NCBI GenBank assembly: GCA_964631685.1
Contig: CAZVZU010000009.1
Coordinates: 1-64,000 of the forward strand
DNA from: an uncultured Actinomycetes bacterium
Lineage (GTDB): Bacteria; SZUA-79; Acidulodesulfobacterales; Acidulodesulfobacteraceae
DNA length: 64,000 bases
Reading direction: 5' to 3'
The notes beneath the pieces are model-generated. The model worked only from the letters and a program-made list of their open reading frames with translations. It was not told where the DNA came from and ran no database searches. The position numbers and the translations under genes are program-made. The stretch's first letter is position 1. Each line of letters starts with the position of its first letter. Of this stretch, positions 49,834-59,738 are shown one piece after another.

Positions 49834-51756
49834 TTAATTTTTTGGAACTAACTCAATGTAAGGTTTTTTGAACAATTCGGGTTGTCCCGTAGTTTTATTA
49901 ATCTTGGAATTAACAAATAATTTCCAATTTTTTTCATCTAATTGAGGACGATCAGTTCTGTAATAGAACCCAGGGTATCTGGTTTCTTCCCTATATAATA
50001 CGTGCCGCAAATGGAGTTCTCCGACAACCGACCTATGATAGTTCTCCCATGCTCTCATTAATTCGTGTAAATTTGAAGCAGCAAGCTTGGACGAATCTTC
50101 TTTAAGCTTATTCAGAAGTTCTAATCCTCTCAATAGGTTTGCTTCGCTTGTTCTGTAGAACGTGGAAGTACCGGCAACATACTCATCCATCAGTTTGTTC
50201 AATCTGAAAAGATACAGTCTCGGTTTAATATAATTCGGATTAATATCCGGCTCTGTTGAATAATTCTTGAACTTCTCAAAAGTAATCATTGGTCCGTATA
50301 TTTTTTCTGCAAGAACCTTATTGTCGGTATGTACCGTAGGAGCGTAACCTGAATCATCTAATATAAACCTTACGGCAGATTTTGCAGCAATCCTTCCCTC
50401 TGCATAGGAGCCTGATGAAAATTTATGCCCGGAAGCTCCGACGCCATCTCCGCCCGTGAAAAGACCGTTGACTGTTGTCATACGATTATAGCCCCACTGA
50501 TATTCCTTTGGTGAAAGATCAGAAGGTCCACTTACCCACATTCCGCATGCACCTGAATGTGAACCAAGAAAATATGGCTCTGTGGGCATAACTTCCGAAT
50601 TCGTCTCTGCAGGATCAATGTCCATTGCTGCCCAAAGCCCAGCCTGTGAAACCGTCATATCAAGGAAATCTTCCCATGCATCAGCTTCTAATGATTTTTT
50701 CCTTTTTTCAGGAAGCGTCTCAAAAAGTGCCTTCATGGCGCCTGAAGTATTCATATAAAACGGACCATTTCCTTCCATCCAATCCTTTAACATTACATGG
50801 TTCCAAAGACATGTCGCCGGAATCTTCGCTTGACCGTACGGAGGAAAATCCTTAAGCATATCTCCCCACTTTTGCATATAGTCCTCGCCATGCGCATTTA
50901 GAACCCTTGATTTAAAGAGGGTGAACCATGCTCCTACAGGACCATAGCCATCTTTGAATCTGTTAGGAACAAATCTATTTTCCATGGTTGTCATCTCTGC
51001 CCCTGCTTCATATCCCATTGCATAGGTAGAACCTGCATTCCATATTGCATACCATGTTCTCCCCATACCTTCTGCCTGCGATCTGGGCCTAAAGACGTTG
51101 ACTGCGCCGCCGCATGCCATGATGACAGCTTTTGCCTTAAATATGTAAATCTTAGCATCTCTCAAACTGAAACCGATTGCTCCTGCAACCCTATTCTCAT
51201 GTTTTTCGTCCATGAGAAGTTCCGTTATAAAAACCCTTTCATAAATATTCTCTTCACTGATAGCCTTTCTTGCAGCTTCAGCAACAAGAACCTTATAAGA
51301 CTCTCCGTGTATCATTATCTGCCATCTTCCAGCTCTAAGAGGCTTACCGCCCTCTGCTATACTTTTACCGTTTTCCTCTTCTTTGAACATAGGCAGTCCA
51401 AATTTTTCAAAAAGCTTCACCGATGCATCAACGTGTCTGCCTACATCATATATTAAATCTTCTCTTACGATTCCCATTAGATCGTTAGCAACATGCTTAA
51501 CATAATCCTCAGGAGTATTATCTCCAAGATATGTATTGATTGCTGAAAGTCCCATAGCGACGGCGCCACTTCTGTCTATTGCCGCTTTTTCTACCATGGT
51601 TATCTTCATATCTTTCGGAGCCCATTTCTTTATTTCAAATGCTGCGCCGCATCCTACCATACCACCGCCTACAATCAAGACGTCAGTATTAATCTCTTCT
51701 ATGTTGTAGTTATTTAAAACTTCAGCGCTTGTCATTGAACCTTTTAGTTCAGCCAT
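49834..51756 (-). CDS. aprA: Adenylylsulfate reductase alpha subunit
   Basis: RSGAVAMGLSAINTY, WQIMIHGESYK, RFKDGYGPVGAW, GSHSG, GHKFSSGS, ETRYPG.YYR. Confidence 0.98.
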   Translation of the reverse strand: MAELKGSMTSAEVLNNYNIEEINTDVLIVGGGMVGCGAAFEIKKWAPKDMKITMVEKAAIDRSGAVAMGLSAINTYLGDNTPEDYVKHVANDLMGIVREDLIYDVGRHVDASVKLFEKFGLPMFKEEENGKSIAEGGKPLRAGRWQIMIHGESYKVLVAEAARKAISEENIYERVFITELLMDEKHENRVAGAIGFSLRDAKIYIFKAKAVIMACGGAVNVFRPRSQAEGMGRTWYAIWNAGSTYAMGYEAGAEMTTMENRFVPNRFKDGYGPVGAWFTLFKSRVLNAHGEDYMQKWGDMLKDFPPYGQAKIPATCLWNHVMLKDWMEGNGPFYMNTSGAMKALFETLPEKRKKSLEADAWEDFLDMTVSQAGLWAAMDIDPAETNSEVMPTEPYFLGSHSGACGMWVSGPSDLSPKEYQWGYNRMTTVNGLFTGGDGVGASGHKFSSGSYAEGRIAAKSAVRFILDDSGYAPTVHTDNKVLAEKIYGPMITFEKFKNYSTEPDINPNYIKPRLYLFRLNKLMDEYVAGTSTFYRTSEANLLRGLELLNKLKEDSSKLAASNLHELMRAWENYHRSVVGELHLRHVLYREETRYPGFYYRTDRPQLDEKNWKLFVNSKINKTTGQPELFKKPYIELVPKN

Positions 51757-51818
51757 AACAAATCATCCCCTTATTTTATAAATTTATTTTAATTTTAAAA
51801 AATTGAATTAAGCTTATA

Positions 51819-52253
51819 CTATTTTTGCGGGACAGCCAAAGTTATGCCCAATTCATCGCACAACAGCTCGTCCTTTAAGTCTCCCTTATTTTCCTCTGGA
51901 ATACCAAGATACGGATCAATTCCACCCTCTGGGGTAGTTCTAATCGGAAATTTAAATCTTTTAATCTTACCGTTACGGTACTTTATGGTCCACATTATAG
52001 AATCCGAACCACGCATCGGAATGACGGAAGCTCCCATAGGCGCAAAATCTTGATACGCCCTTATCTCAATAGCGGATTGAGGACATATTTTTACGCAGTT
52101 ATAACACTCCCAGCATTGGTCAACCTCTTGATTGTAAGCCTTCATGATATCCTTGTTAAGAACCATAAGATCGTTAGGACAAATGTATTGACACGCTGTC
52201 TTGTCCCTCCCTTTACAACCATCACACTTCTCTGCAATTACAAAACTTGGCAT
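51819..52253 (-). CDS. aprB: Adenylylsulfate reductase beta subunit
   Basis: MPSFV..KCDGCK...CQYICP, CWECYNCVKICP, RFKFPIRTT. ATG 52253 fits the RBS spacing. Confidence 0.98.
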   Translation of the reverse strand: MPSFVIAEKCDGCKGRDKTACQYICPNDLMVLNKDIMKAYNQEVDQCWECYNCVKICPQSAIEIRAYQDFAPMGASVIPMRGSDSIMWTIKYRNGKIKRFKFPIRTTPEGGIDPYLGIPEENKGDLKDELLCDELGITLAVPQK

Positions 52254-52382
52254 TTTCATACCTCCTTAGATTAATATTTATTATTATATAAAACTTAGAC
52301 CGGCCCAATAAGACGCCATACCATTGGCTCTCTAACCCTCAGCAACTCGGTCTATCTATTTTCTAAAAATTACTGCACAAAT

Positions 52383-53606
52383 CTATATTTCACCCTTTGA
52401 GGCCTTGTTTAATTTAACATCAACATTATCTCTCTTTGAAAGGGATCCATAATAATCCTTAAGTATTGATACAACCTCTGGTCTTGAAAAATGATCCGGT
52501 ATTTCCTTCCCTTCCGATAAAAGCTTCCTAAGCATAGTCCCGCTTAATATGAGCCTGTCTTCTTTTGAATGAGGACATGTTCTTGCAGACGCCATGCCAT
52601 CACACTTATGGCAAAAAAATGTCCAATCCATCTTCAAAGGCCTCAGTTCTAGGGCATCTTTTGGAATCTCATCGAATATTTTATGGGCATCAAATGGTCC
52701 GTAATAATCCCCAACACCGGCATGATCTCTGCCGACAATTAGGCGAGAACATCCGTAATTTTGTCTGAAAACCGCATGAAGTAACGCCTCTCTTGGTCCG
52801 GCATATCTCATCTCCATCGGATAGCCTGCTTGAACAATTGTATCTTTCACGAAATATTTATCAATCAATGTGTTAATAGCAACCGCCCTTACACTTGCCG
52901 GTATATCTCCGGGCTTTAATTTACCGATAAGCTGATGAATTAAGACACCATCGGTGGTCTCTATAGCAACTTTTGCTAAATATTCGTGCGAGCGATGCAT
53001 AGGATTTCTTGTCTGAAAAGCTGCAACGGTACTCCAGCCCTTATCTTCAAATATTTTCCTTACTTCAGCCGGACGCCTATATATCTCTTTAAACTCTATA
53101 GGGTAAGAACCCTCGTTCAAAACCTTAACCTTTCCCGCAATATTAATATCTCCCTGAGCCATAACTTTTTGAACACCGGGATGTTCCGTATCGGTCGTGG
53201 TAAATATCTTCTGGCATTCATAAGCTTTGTCTATTGAGTATTTTTCGCTAACACTTATTATGCCCATTATTTCAGATGTCTCGGCATCTATAAGTGCTAC
53301 ATCATCACCTACCTTGATCCCGTCGGCTGTTCCTTTGTCTGCAGAAAGGGTTATTGGTATTGGCCAAAATACGCCATCCTTCATTGTGAATTTATCGCAT
53401 ACACCCTTCCAGTCATCCTTTCCCATGAAGCCTTCCAGCGGGGTGAATGCCCCAATCCCCATCATGATTAAGTCTGATGTTTCCCTTGATGTCATGGATA
53501 ATGTTTTTAATGTTTTAGCATAACCCCTTGCTTTTTCAAGCTCGGAACCTAAAAGCAATAAGGGCTTCAACTTCTTTTCCCTGCCATGAGGATTTACCAG
53601 TGCCAT
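52383..53606 (-). CDS. sat: Sulfate adenylyltransferase
   Basis: [47 protein letters not shown]. Confidence 0.98.
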   Translation of the reverse strand: MALVNPHGREKKLKPLLLLGSELEKARGYAKTLKTLSMTSRETSDLIMMGIGAFTPLEGFMGKDDWKGVCDKFTMKDGVFWPIPITLSADKGTADGIKVGDDVALIDAETSEIMGIISVSEKYSIDKAYECQKIFTTTDTEHPGVQKVMAQGDINIAGKVKVLNEGSYPIEFKEIYRRPAEVRKIFEDKGWSTVAAFQTRNPMHRSHEYLAKVAIETTDGVLIHQLIGKLKPGDIPASVRAVAINTLIDKYFVKDTIVQAGYPMEMRYAGPREALLHAVFRQNYGCSRLIVGRDHAGVGDYYGPFDAHKIFDEIPKDALELRPLKMDWTFFCHKCDGMASARTCPHSKEDRLILSGTMLRKLLSEGKEIPDHFSRPEVVSILKDYYGSLSKRDNVDVKLNKASKGEI

Positions 53607-53705
53607 ATATTTTTATTCCCCCAATTAAGTTTGGTGCCTATTTTTTGATTATTTTGTGCTTATTGCGTTGAATTATCAAACTAAACACCAGCTACGAATA
53701 TATTT

Positions 53706-53735
53706 AAAAAAAAGCGCGGATACAATACCGCACTT
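53706..53735 (-). terminator. Rho-independent terminator between dsrH and sat
   Basis: AAGTGCGG-TATTGTAT-CCGCGC followed by T8 on the minus strand. Confidence 0.75.
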
Positions 53736-53867
53736 ATTTATCTTAGGATTAAATAAACTAATCCTATTATATTTATTATTATTTCATACAAATGTCAACC
53801 ATTATTTCGCAACAAACTAAATATTCTTAAAAACCGCAAATTTAATGATATAAACACCTAAAGATCG

Positions 53868-54167
53868 TTATGGCCACGTTACAGGATTGTGTTCGCATAC
53901 CTTTTCAACAAACCCTTTATAGTCTATTAATTTAATATTGTCGACTATCTCTCCCTCAGAAATTCCTCTTGCCTTTATATCGGCGTCAAGGCAATAAACC
54001 TCGTTATTTTGAAGGACACCCTTTATAATATCTTCAAATTTTCCACCCTTTTTCACCGTATATACTGCATCCTCAATTAATAAGACAATATCATTCTCTG
54101 CCAAATAATTAATGGAATTATTCAATGCATTAGTTTCATATGGCGATTTTTTGATAATATGAAGCAT
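53868..54167 (-). CDS. dsrH: Sulfurtransferase complex subunit DsrH/TusB
   Basis: MLHIIKKSPY, LLIEDAVY, DIKARG, DYKGFV, terminal W; GGAGG before ATG 54167. Confidence 0.92.
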   Translation of the reverse strand: MLHIIKKSPYETNALNNSINYLAENDIVLLIEDAVYTVKKGGKFEDIIKGVLQNNEVYCLDADIKARGISEGEIVDNIKLIDYKGFVEKVCEHNPVTWP

Positions 54168-54218
54168 CTTAATTATTTCCTCCATGTATCGTATATGTTT
54201 TTAATACTCTCATTAAAA

Positions 54219-54593
54219 TTAAAATGGCAAAATTGCCTTCATTTCATTCATTTTTTGCTTCAGTGTATTTCTATCTAGCACCTCAACCTCCGCGATAAGA
54301 TCCTCTTCTTTTAATCCCCTTTCTTCTAAGGATTCTTTTTCCACATAGATATTGGTGATGTCAAAATCATCCTTTAAAATCATATATGTCACAGAAAAAT
54401 TTTTCTTCCCTAGCAAGGAAGGGTCTTGCCCTTTCTTTAAAGAAAATACACCATCATCTAAAAAGGCTACCCTTACATCCTGCTCATATGCTCCAAACAT
54501 AATCATAGCTTCAATTGCTTCCTGTTCAAAAACAGTTCCGTAAGGGGCTGACCTGCAAACAAACATTACTTTAGTCTTTTCTTGTTCAGACAT
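54219..54593 (-). CDS. dsrF: Sulfurtransferase complex subunit DsrF/TusC
   Basis: RSAPYG, EQDV.VAFLDDGVF.L.KGQ, ESLEERGL. Confidence 0.93.
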   Translation of the reverse strand: MSEQEKTKVMFVCRSAPYGTVFEQEAIEAMIMFGAYEQDVRVAFLDDGVFSLKKGQDPSLLGKKNFSVTYMILKDDFDITNIYVEKESLEERGLKEEDLIAEVEVLDRNTLKQKMNEMKAILPF

Positions 54594-54660
54594 TTTACCG
54601 GCTCCTCAATAAAAAATATTTTATAGAATTCAAATACATTAATAGTTTCTAAAAAAATCT

Positions 54661-55011
54661 TTAAAATGTTACCATTCTGTCGGACTCTATGCATAACTCA
54701 AGAAGTTGGCCAAGTCCGGATATTTCATTAGAATCGCAAACTGTTGTATTCACTATTCCCCTTCTCTTACCCGCAGCAACACACACTATTAATTTTACGC
54801 CCTTATGTTCAAGCTCCGTAAGTATCTCCATTATGTTTCTTTCATCGCGCGGGGGTTCTAATGTACCACACCTATTATAAACACCATCGTTATAAAAGAA
54901 TACACCGGTTATCTCATGCCCGCTCTCCATCGCCGCAACAATAAAATTATATGCGGTATCCATAGCCTGATGCATATACGGACCATCTTTGACAAGAATG
55001 CCGAATTTCAT
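54661..55011 (-). CDS. dsrE: Sulfurtransferase complex subunit DsrE/TusD
   Basis: GPY.HQA.DTAY.F, VFFY.DGV, active-site CVAAGKRRG, SGLGQL. Confidence 0.93.
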   Translation of the reverse strand: MKFGILVKDGPYMHQAMDTAYNFIVAAMESGHEITGVFFYNDGVYNRCGTLEPPRDERNIMEILTELEHKGVKLIVCVAAGKRRGIVNTTVCDSNEISGLGQLLELCIESDRMVTF

Positions 55012-55073
55012 TAAATCCTCCCTGACCATTTAAATTTATAATTTTTATTATATTTACCTTACTCCATTTCTTA

Positions 55074-56561
55074 TTACATAATAATCGCGTTACCGACCAA
55101 TGGATGAATTCCACCGACCATTTCAGCATCAAATCCGTAAAGTGGAAACATCTTTGTGAACTGCGTTTTACATATTGCGCAGATAAGGGCAAAGTAATTT
55201 ACGCCATGACTATCGACAACCTCTTTTAATGTCTGCATTCTGGGCATAACACCAGCTATGCGAATATTCATGACCTCGTCCGCCAATAAACCACCGCCAG
55301 CGCCACAACAATATGTACTTTCTTTATTAGTTCCTTCCCTTAACTCTACGAAATTATTCACAGCAGCCTTAATAAGTTCTCTCGGTATGGAAAACTGTCC
55401 TCCTACGATATCGCCTATCCTTGAACCCCTTGCAACATTACACGAATCATGATATGTAACGACTTTATCGTCATTTGCGGTCGGATCAAGCTTTATTACA
55501 CCGTCCTTAATTAATCCTAATGTAAACTCACATATATGAGTCGGCTGTTTATATTTTGAGTCAAGAAAATCGAATGGGCCGTTCATGGTATTAGAATACA
55601 TATATGCAGCTCTCCATGCATGTCCGCATTCACCAATAATCACCCTTTTGACCTTAAGCTTCCTTGCTTCGTCCCATATCCTTTTGTTTATCTCTTTTGT
55701 ATTTTTGTAGCTTCCTATAAACTTTCCAAAATTTCCTGCTTCGGAAGCATACGATGAAACTGTATAGCTTATACCCGCTTTATGAAACACTTTTGCATAA
55801 CCTTTTAAAGATTCCATATGAGGCATCGCAAAAAAATCAGCGGAAGGTGGTACTAACAAAACCTCTGCCCCCTCCACATCCATAGGAATTTTAACATCTT
55901 TATTTGTTTCTTCGTTTATTTCTTCTTCCAAGTCGTCCAAGGTACGCCTTAATGCTAGTGGTGGTATACCTATATTGTTTCCGGTCAAATAAACCTTATG
56001 AATAACTTCAGTAGTATATTTTTGACCGAGACCGATAGAGTCCATAATTTGCCTTGCTGCCATAGTTATTTCAGCAGTATCTATTCCGTAAGGACAATAA
56101 AGTGAACATCTTCTGCACTCGGAACACTGCCAAAAATAAGTATACCATTCTTTCAGAACATCTTCGGTTAATTCTTGAGCATTAGAAAGGTTTTTGAAAA
56201 ATCCTGAAGGAGTGAAATAGTACCTATAAACTTTTCTGAGCAATTCTTGCCTCTGGACCGGCATATTATTCGGATCAGATGTTCCAAGGAAAAATTGACA
56301 TTTATCAGCACAAGCTCCGCACCTTACGCAAATATCCATATAGTCCCTGACCGCTTTATTGTGATCAAGTATCTCTTTAAAAACGCCTAACGCTTTATCT
56401 TTCCAGCCATCCTGAAGCTTAGAAGGAAAACCCAGTGCCTCCATATCTTCTTTCTTCGCCGGGTTCATATGTTCATATGCAGAAGCGCCTGGAACAATTT
56501 TAGGAATTGAAATTTTGCCGTCTAAAACGGGAATCTTATATTTTTCTTTTGGCTTAGCCAT
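55074..56561 (-). CDS. dsrK: DsrK, HdrD-like Fe-S subunit
   Basis: CVRCGACADKC, CSECRRCSLYCPYGIDT, GECGH, HDSCN, CCGAGGG. Confidence 0.96.
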   Translation of the reverse strand: MAKPKEKYKIPVLDGKISIPKIVPGASAYEHMNPAKKEDMEALGFPSKLQDGWKDKALGVFKEILDHNKAVRDYMDICVRCGACADKCQFFLGTSDPNNMPVQRQELLRKVYRYYFTPSGFFKNLSNAQELTEDVLKEWYTYFWQCSECRRCSLYCPYGIDTAEITMAARQIMDSIGLGQKYTTEVIHKVYLTGNNIGIPPLALRRTLDDLEEEINEETNKDVKIPMDVEGAEVLLVPPSADFFAMPHMESLKGYAKVFHKAGISYTVSSYASEAGNFGKFIGSYKNTKEINKRIWDEARKLKVKRVIIGECGHAWRAAYMYSNTMNGPFDFLDSKYKQPTHICEFTLGLIKDGVIKLDPTANDDKVVTYHDSCNVARGSRIGDIVGGQFSIPRELIKAAVNNFVELREGTNKESTYCCGAGGGLLADEVMNIRIAGVMPRMQTLKEVVDSHGVNYFALICAICKTQFTKMFPLYGFDAEMVGGIHPLVGNAIIM

Positions 56562-56657
56562 ACCGTTTATACCTCCGTTTAATTCTTATAGAATCAAAAT
56601 TGCAGGTTATATTTTTAGATTAACTAGTTTTATATTTCCATACATATAGTTAGTATT

Positions 56658-57416
56658 TTAAATAGATATATCCTTTGCACTAGGACGATAATATCTTTCT
56701 TCTATGGGATTATCCACCATGTTTCTTGTCGGAGAGAAGAATATTCCGATGAAATGCATAACCTTGCTGAATGGTATATAAAGCACCAGTAGCAATATAA
56801 GCGTATAATGTATTAAAAACAATGGGTTTGATGGAATATTGGTAAACTGAAATGTTAATAATCCGTTTATATATGGATCTAAATGATTATCTACGACAGT
56901 CAATGAAGCCGGGGTTAAAACATAATTCAGCGATAAACCGGCCAAACCTATGAGCATTAAAAGAATTAAAATTAAATAATCCTGAAATAGGGAAATAAAT
57001 TTAACTCTTTCAATTATCACCCTTCTCATAAATAAAAGGAAAAGGGATAATACCATGACGATACCGCAGATTATTCCGGCATACACAAATATGCTATACC
57101 ACCATGGAGCCGGATTGGAATAAATAAAATGTCTTGCAAAATGCATCGCTATCAGAAGAAAAAATGAAATGTGAAAAAGATATCCGAAAAACCAAGTAGG
57201 CTTATTTGATTTGTAAAGACTCTTGAAGAAAAAAACTTCGCCTAAAATTCTTAAAATAGCCCCACCCCTTGTTAATGGAGCAGGAGTCAGCATAATTTTA
57301 ATGGGTTGCGGCGTTACGGCATATTGATATATTCTTAAAACTACTGCTATAACGAATATTACCCCTACCGCGTATGTGAATAATAAAAATATTGCAGTGG
57401 TTAAATTAAGAGGCAT
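56658..57416 (-). CDS. dsrM: DsrM, NarI-like diheme cytochrome b
   Basis: FFKSL, FH..F....H, DY..L.LL, H......PFSK.MH, SPTRN. ATG 57416 behind GGAGGGG. Confidence 0.93.
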   Translation of the reverse strand: MPLNLTTAIFLLFTYAVGVIFVIAVVLRIYQYAVTPQPIKIMLTPAPLTRGGAILRILGEVFFFKSLYKSNKPTWFFGYLFHISFFLLIAMHFARHFIYSNPAPWWYSIFVYAGIICGIVMVLSLFLLFMRRVIIERVKFISLFQDYLILILLMLIGLAGLSLNYVLTPASLTVVDNHLDPYINGLLTFQFTNIPSNPLFLIHYTLILLLVLYIPFSKVMHFIGIFFSPTRNMVDNPIEERYYRPSAKDISI

Positions 57417-57534
57417 AATGTCCCCCTCCATAAATAAATAGTGATAAATTATTTTATTTTTACAAAAACCCCACATTATGCAGGAAAGACCATAAACTCA
57501 GCCTTCCCTGCATATTCACCTTTAAACTAATGAT

Positions 57535-57876
57535 TTAGACACAGCCAGTAGGCTTAGGAAGCCCTGCTATTTTAGCTAACTGTTTAGCTGGACCCTCTGG
57601 AAACAACTCATAAATAAACCTATTTGCTTGCTTTTTGTCCGGTAAATTTTCGATCTTCATAACTTCTCTTGCAAGCGACTTAATAGCCGGAGCAACCTGA
57701 TACTTCTGGAAATAATCCCTTATCCATTCGATAAGTTTCCAATGTTTTTCTGTAAGTTCAACACTTTCTTGTTCTGCTAAAACATCAGCAAGACCCTTGT
57801 CCCAATCGACCAAATTCTGAAGATAGCCCTCATCATCTGTTTCAATTGTCTTTCCGTTATAATCAAAACTTGCCAT
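57535..57876 (-). CDS. DsrC/TusE family sulfur relay protein with only the terminal cysteine
   Basis: DDEGYL, LTEKHW, LFPEGPAKQLAKIAGLPKPTGCV; the second Cys of the C-X10-C motif is Ala. Confidence 0.9.
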   Translation of the reverse strand: MASFDYNGKTIETDDEGYLQNLVDWDKGLADVLAEQESVELTEKHWKLIEWIRDYFQKYQVAPAIKSLAREVMKIENLPDKKQANRFIYELFPEGPAKQLAKIAGLPKPTGCV

Positions 57877-57961
57877 AAAGTTAATCCTCCTTAAATTTTA
57901 TTTTTAATATCATTAACCCGGCGGTAAAAGCCACCGGAATTTATGCCTTACGATCCACAGC

Positions 57962-59674
57962 TTAAATCATGTCTATATATCCGCAAGGACAGGCCTCAGC
58001 GCATTTTTTGCAACCATTGCAAGTGTCAAGATGAAATTCAAAATGTTGCCCCTTGGGCAATTTTTTAATGGCACTTTGAGAGCAGTATTCGAAACAACTA
58101 CCACAGTCAAAACACATACCGCAACTAATGCATCGTTTAGCCTCAGAAATTAAATCGTCCATGCTTAAATTATTCAGTATACCGTCAAAGTCATTAATCC
58201 TGACGGAAGCATCTCTTGCCGTTCTTTCGTGTCTTTCAGCTTCTTGAAAATATGCAAGATACATATTTTTGCCTTCGAAGTTAACTGCATCTCCATATTT
58301 AACAACCTTTCTCTCATCCTTTTTTGTCGCTTCACCGCTTAATTTCTCATGCATAGCATATGCGGCATATCTTCCCATTCCTATAGCATCAGTCACCAAG
58401 CCGAATTTTAATATGTCTCCTCCCGCAAAAACTTTATCCTCATTTGCAACAAGGTACTTGTCATTGACATTCAAAAATTCATTGTTGTCATTTTTAGTAA
58501 GACCGTCTAGTCCTTTATAATTAGGCTTCTGTCCGAAAGAATATATCAGCGTGTCGAGCTTGAGAGCTAGCTCTTTTCCGCCATCGACTATAACAGGATG
58601 AACCCTGCCCGATGCATCTTTCTCTGAAAGTTTCATCTTTTTCAAACGCACCGCAACCGCTTTTCCGTTTTCTGTAATAATCTCATCCAACGCGAACAAA
58701 AACTCAAAATTAATTCCTTCGGCGTGACCCTCTCTGACCTCGGTCGAGCCCTTTTCTTTTATCTCAGCAACATCGTTTAGCGTACCTTTATTGTAAATAA
58801 ATGTTACATTAGCACCGAGTCTTTTTGTAACCATGCCGGCATCCATCGCGCTATCGCTTCCTATTACAACTACCTCTTTACCGGCATCCTTAATCTCTCC
58901 GGAAGCAGCCTTTTGAAGAAATTCAGTACCTGTATAAACATTTGGAGCATCTGCACCGCTCATTTTCATTTTGATGGGCTCATGTGTACCGATGGCAACA
59001 AAAACTGCATCATAATCCGATTTAAGCTTATCTAATGACACATCAGTGCCTATACTCATACCTGCTTTAATCTCTACACCTAAATCTTTGATGCGTTTTA
59101 CTTCAGCGTCAATTATATCTAATGGTAGTCTGAATTTAGGTATCCCGTATCTTAGATAGCCGCCAGCCTCTTTAAATTTTTCATATATAGTAACACTATA
59201 GCCTCTTATGGCCAAGTGATAGGCGCAGGATAAACCTGCGGGACCGGCCCCTATGATAGCAATTTTCTCTTTTCTCGGGGTATCCGAAAGCTTCTTGAAA
59301 TGTAAGTTGTTTTTTATTCCATAATCGCCAACAAACATTTCGATAGCATTTATCGCAACAGACTTATCTTTATGCTTACGATTGCATTCATCCTCGCAAG
59401 GATGAGGACACACCCTGCCGGTCGTAGACGGCAACGGGTTAGATTCAGTAAGTAGATAAAAAGCCTCGGTAAGCGATTCATCTATTGGCCTATCATACGA
59501 TTCGCTTTGCGCTATATATTGAATGTAATCTCTCACCCTCGTACCATTAGGACACGTGTCCATACAAGGCGGTTTCTTCTCAACATACTTCGGCCTAAAA
59601 GGCGATTGTTCCATTCCTACACCTGAACTCAACGATACCTTCGCCGGTTTCTTAACTTTCTTTAAAACAAGCAT
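57962..59674 (-). CDS. dsrL: DsrL iron-sulfur flavoprotein
   Basis: SPFRPKYVEKKPPC...CP, GRVCPHPCE..CNR, GAGPAG, EAKRCISCGMCFDCGSC and CNGCKKCAEACPCGYIDM; inside the dsr operon. Confidence 0.93.
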   Translation of the reverse strand: MLVLKKVKKPAKVSLSSGVGMEQSPFRPKYVEKKPPCMDTCPNGTRVRDYIQYIAQSESYDRPIDESLTEAFYLLTESNPLPSTTGRVCPHPCEDECNRKHKDKSVAINAIEMFVGDYGIKNNLHFKKLSDTPRKEKIAIIGAGPAGLSCAYHLAIRGYSVTIYEKFKEAGGYLRYGIPKFRLPLDIIDAEVKRIKDLGVEIKAGMSIGTDVSLDKLKSDYDAVFVAIGTHEPIKMKMSGADAPNVYTGTEFLQKAASGEIKDAGKEVVVIGSDSAMDAGMVTKRLGANVTFIYNKGTLNDVAEIKEKGSTEVREGHAEGINFEFLFALDEIITENGKAVAVRLKKMKLSEKDASGRVHPVIVDGGKELALKLDTLIYSFGQKPNYKGLDGLTKNDNNEFLNVNDKYLVANEDKVFAGGDILKFGLVTDAIGMGRYAAYAMHEKLSGEATKKDERKVVKYGDAVNFEGKNMYLAYFQEAERHERTARDASVRINDFDGILNNLSMDDLISEAKRCISCGMCFDCGSCFEYCSQSAIKKLPKGQHFEFHLDTCNGCKKCAEACPCGYIDMI

Positions 59675-59738
59675 AAAATCATCCTCATAATAATTCCAAA
59701 ATGCATCAAGGCATATTAAAAGTTATAATTAAATATTA

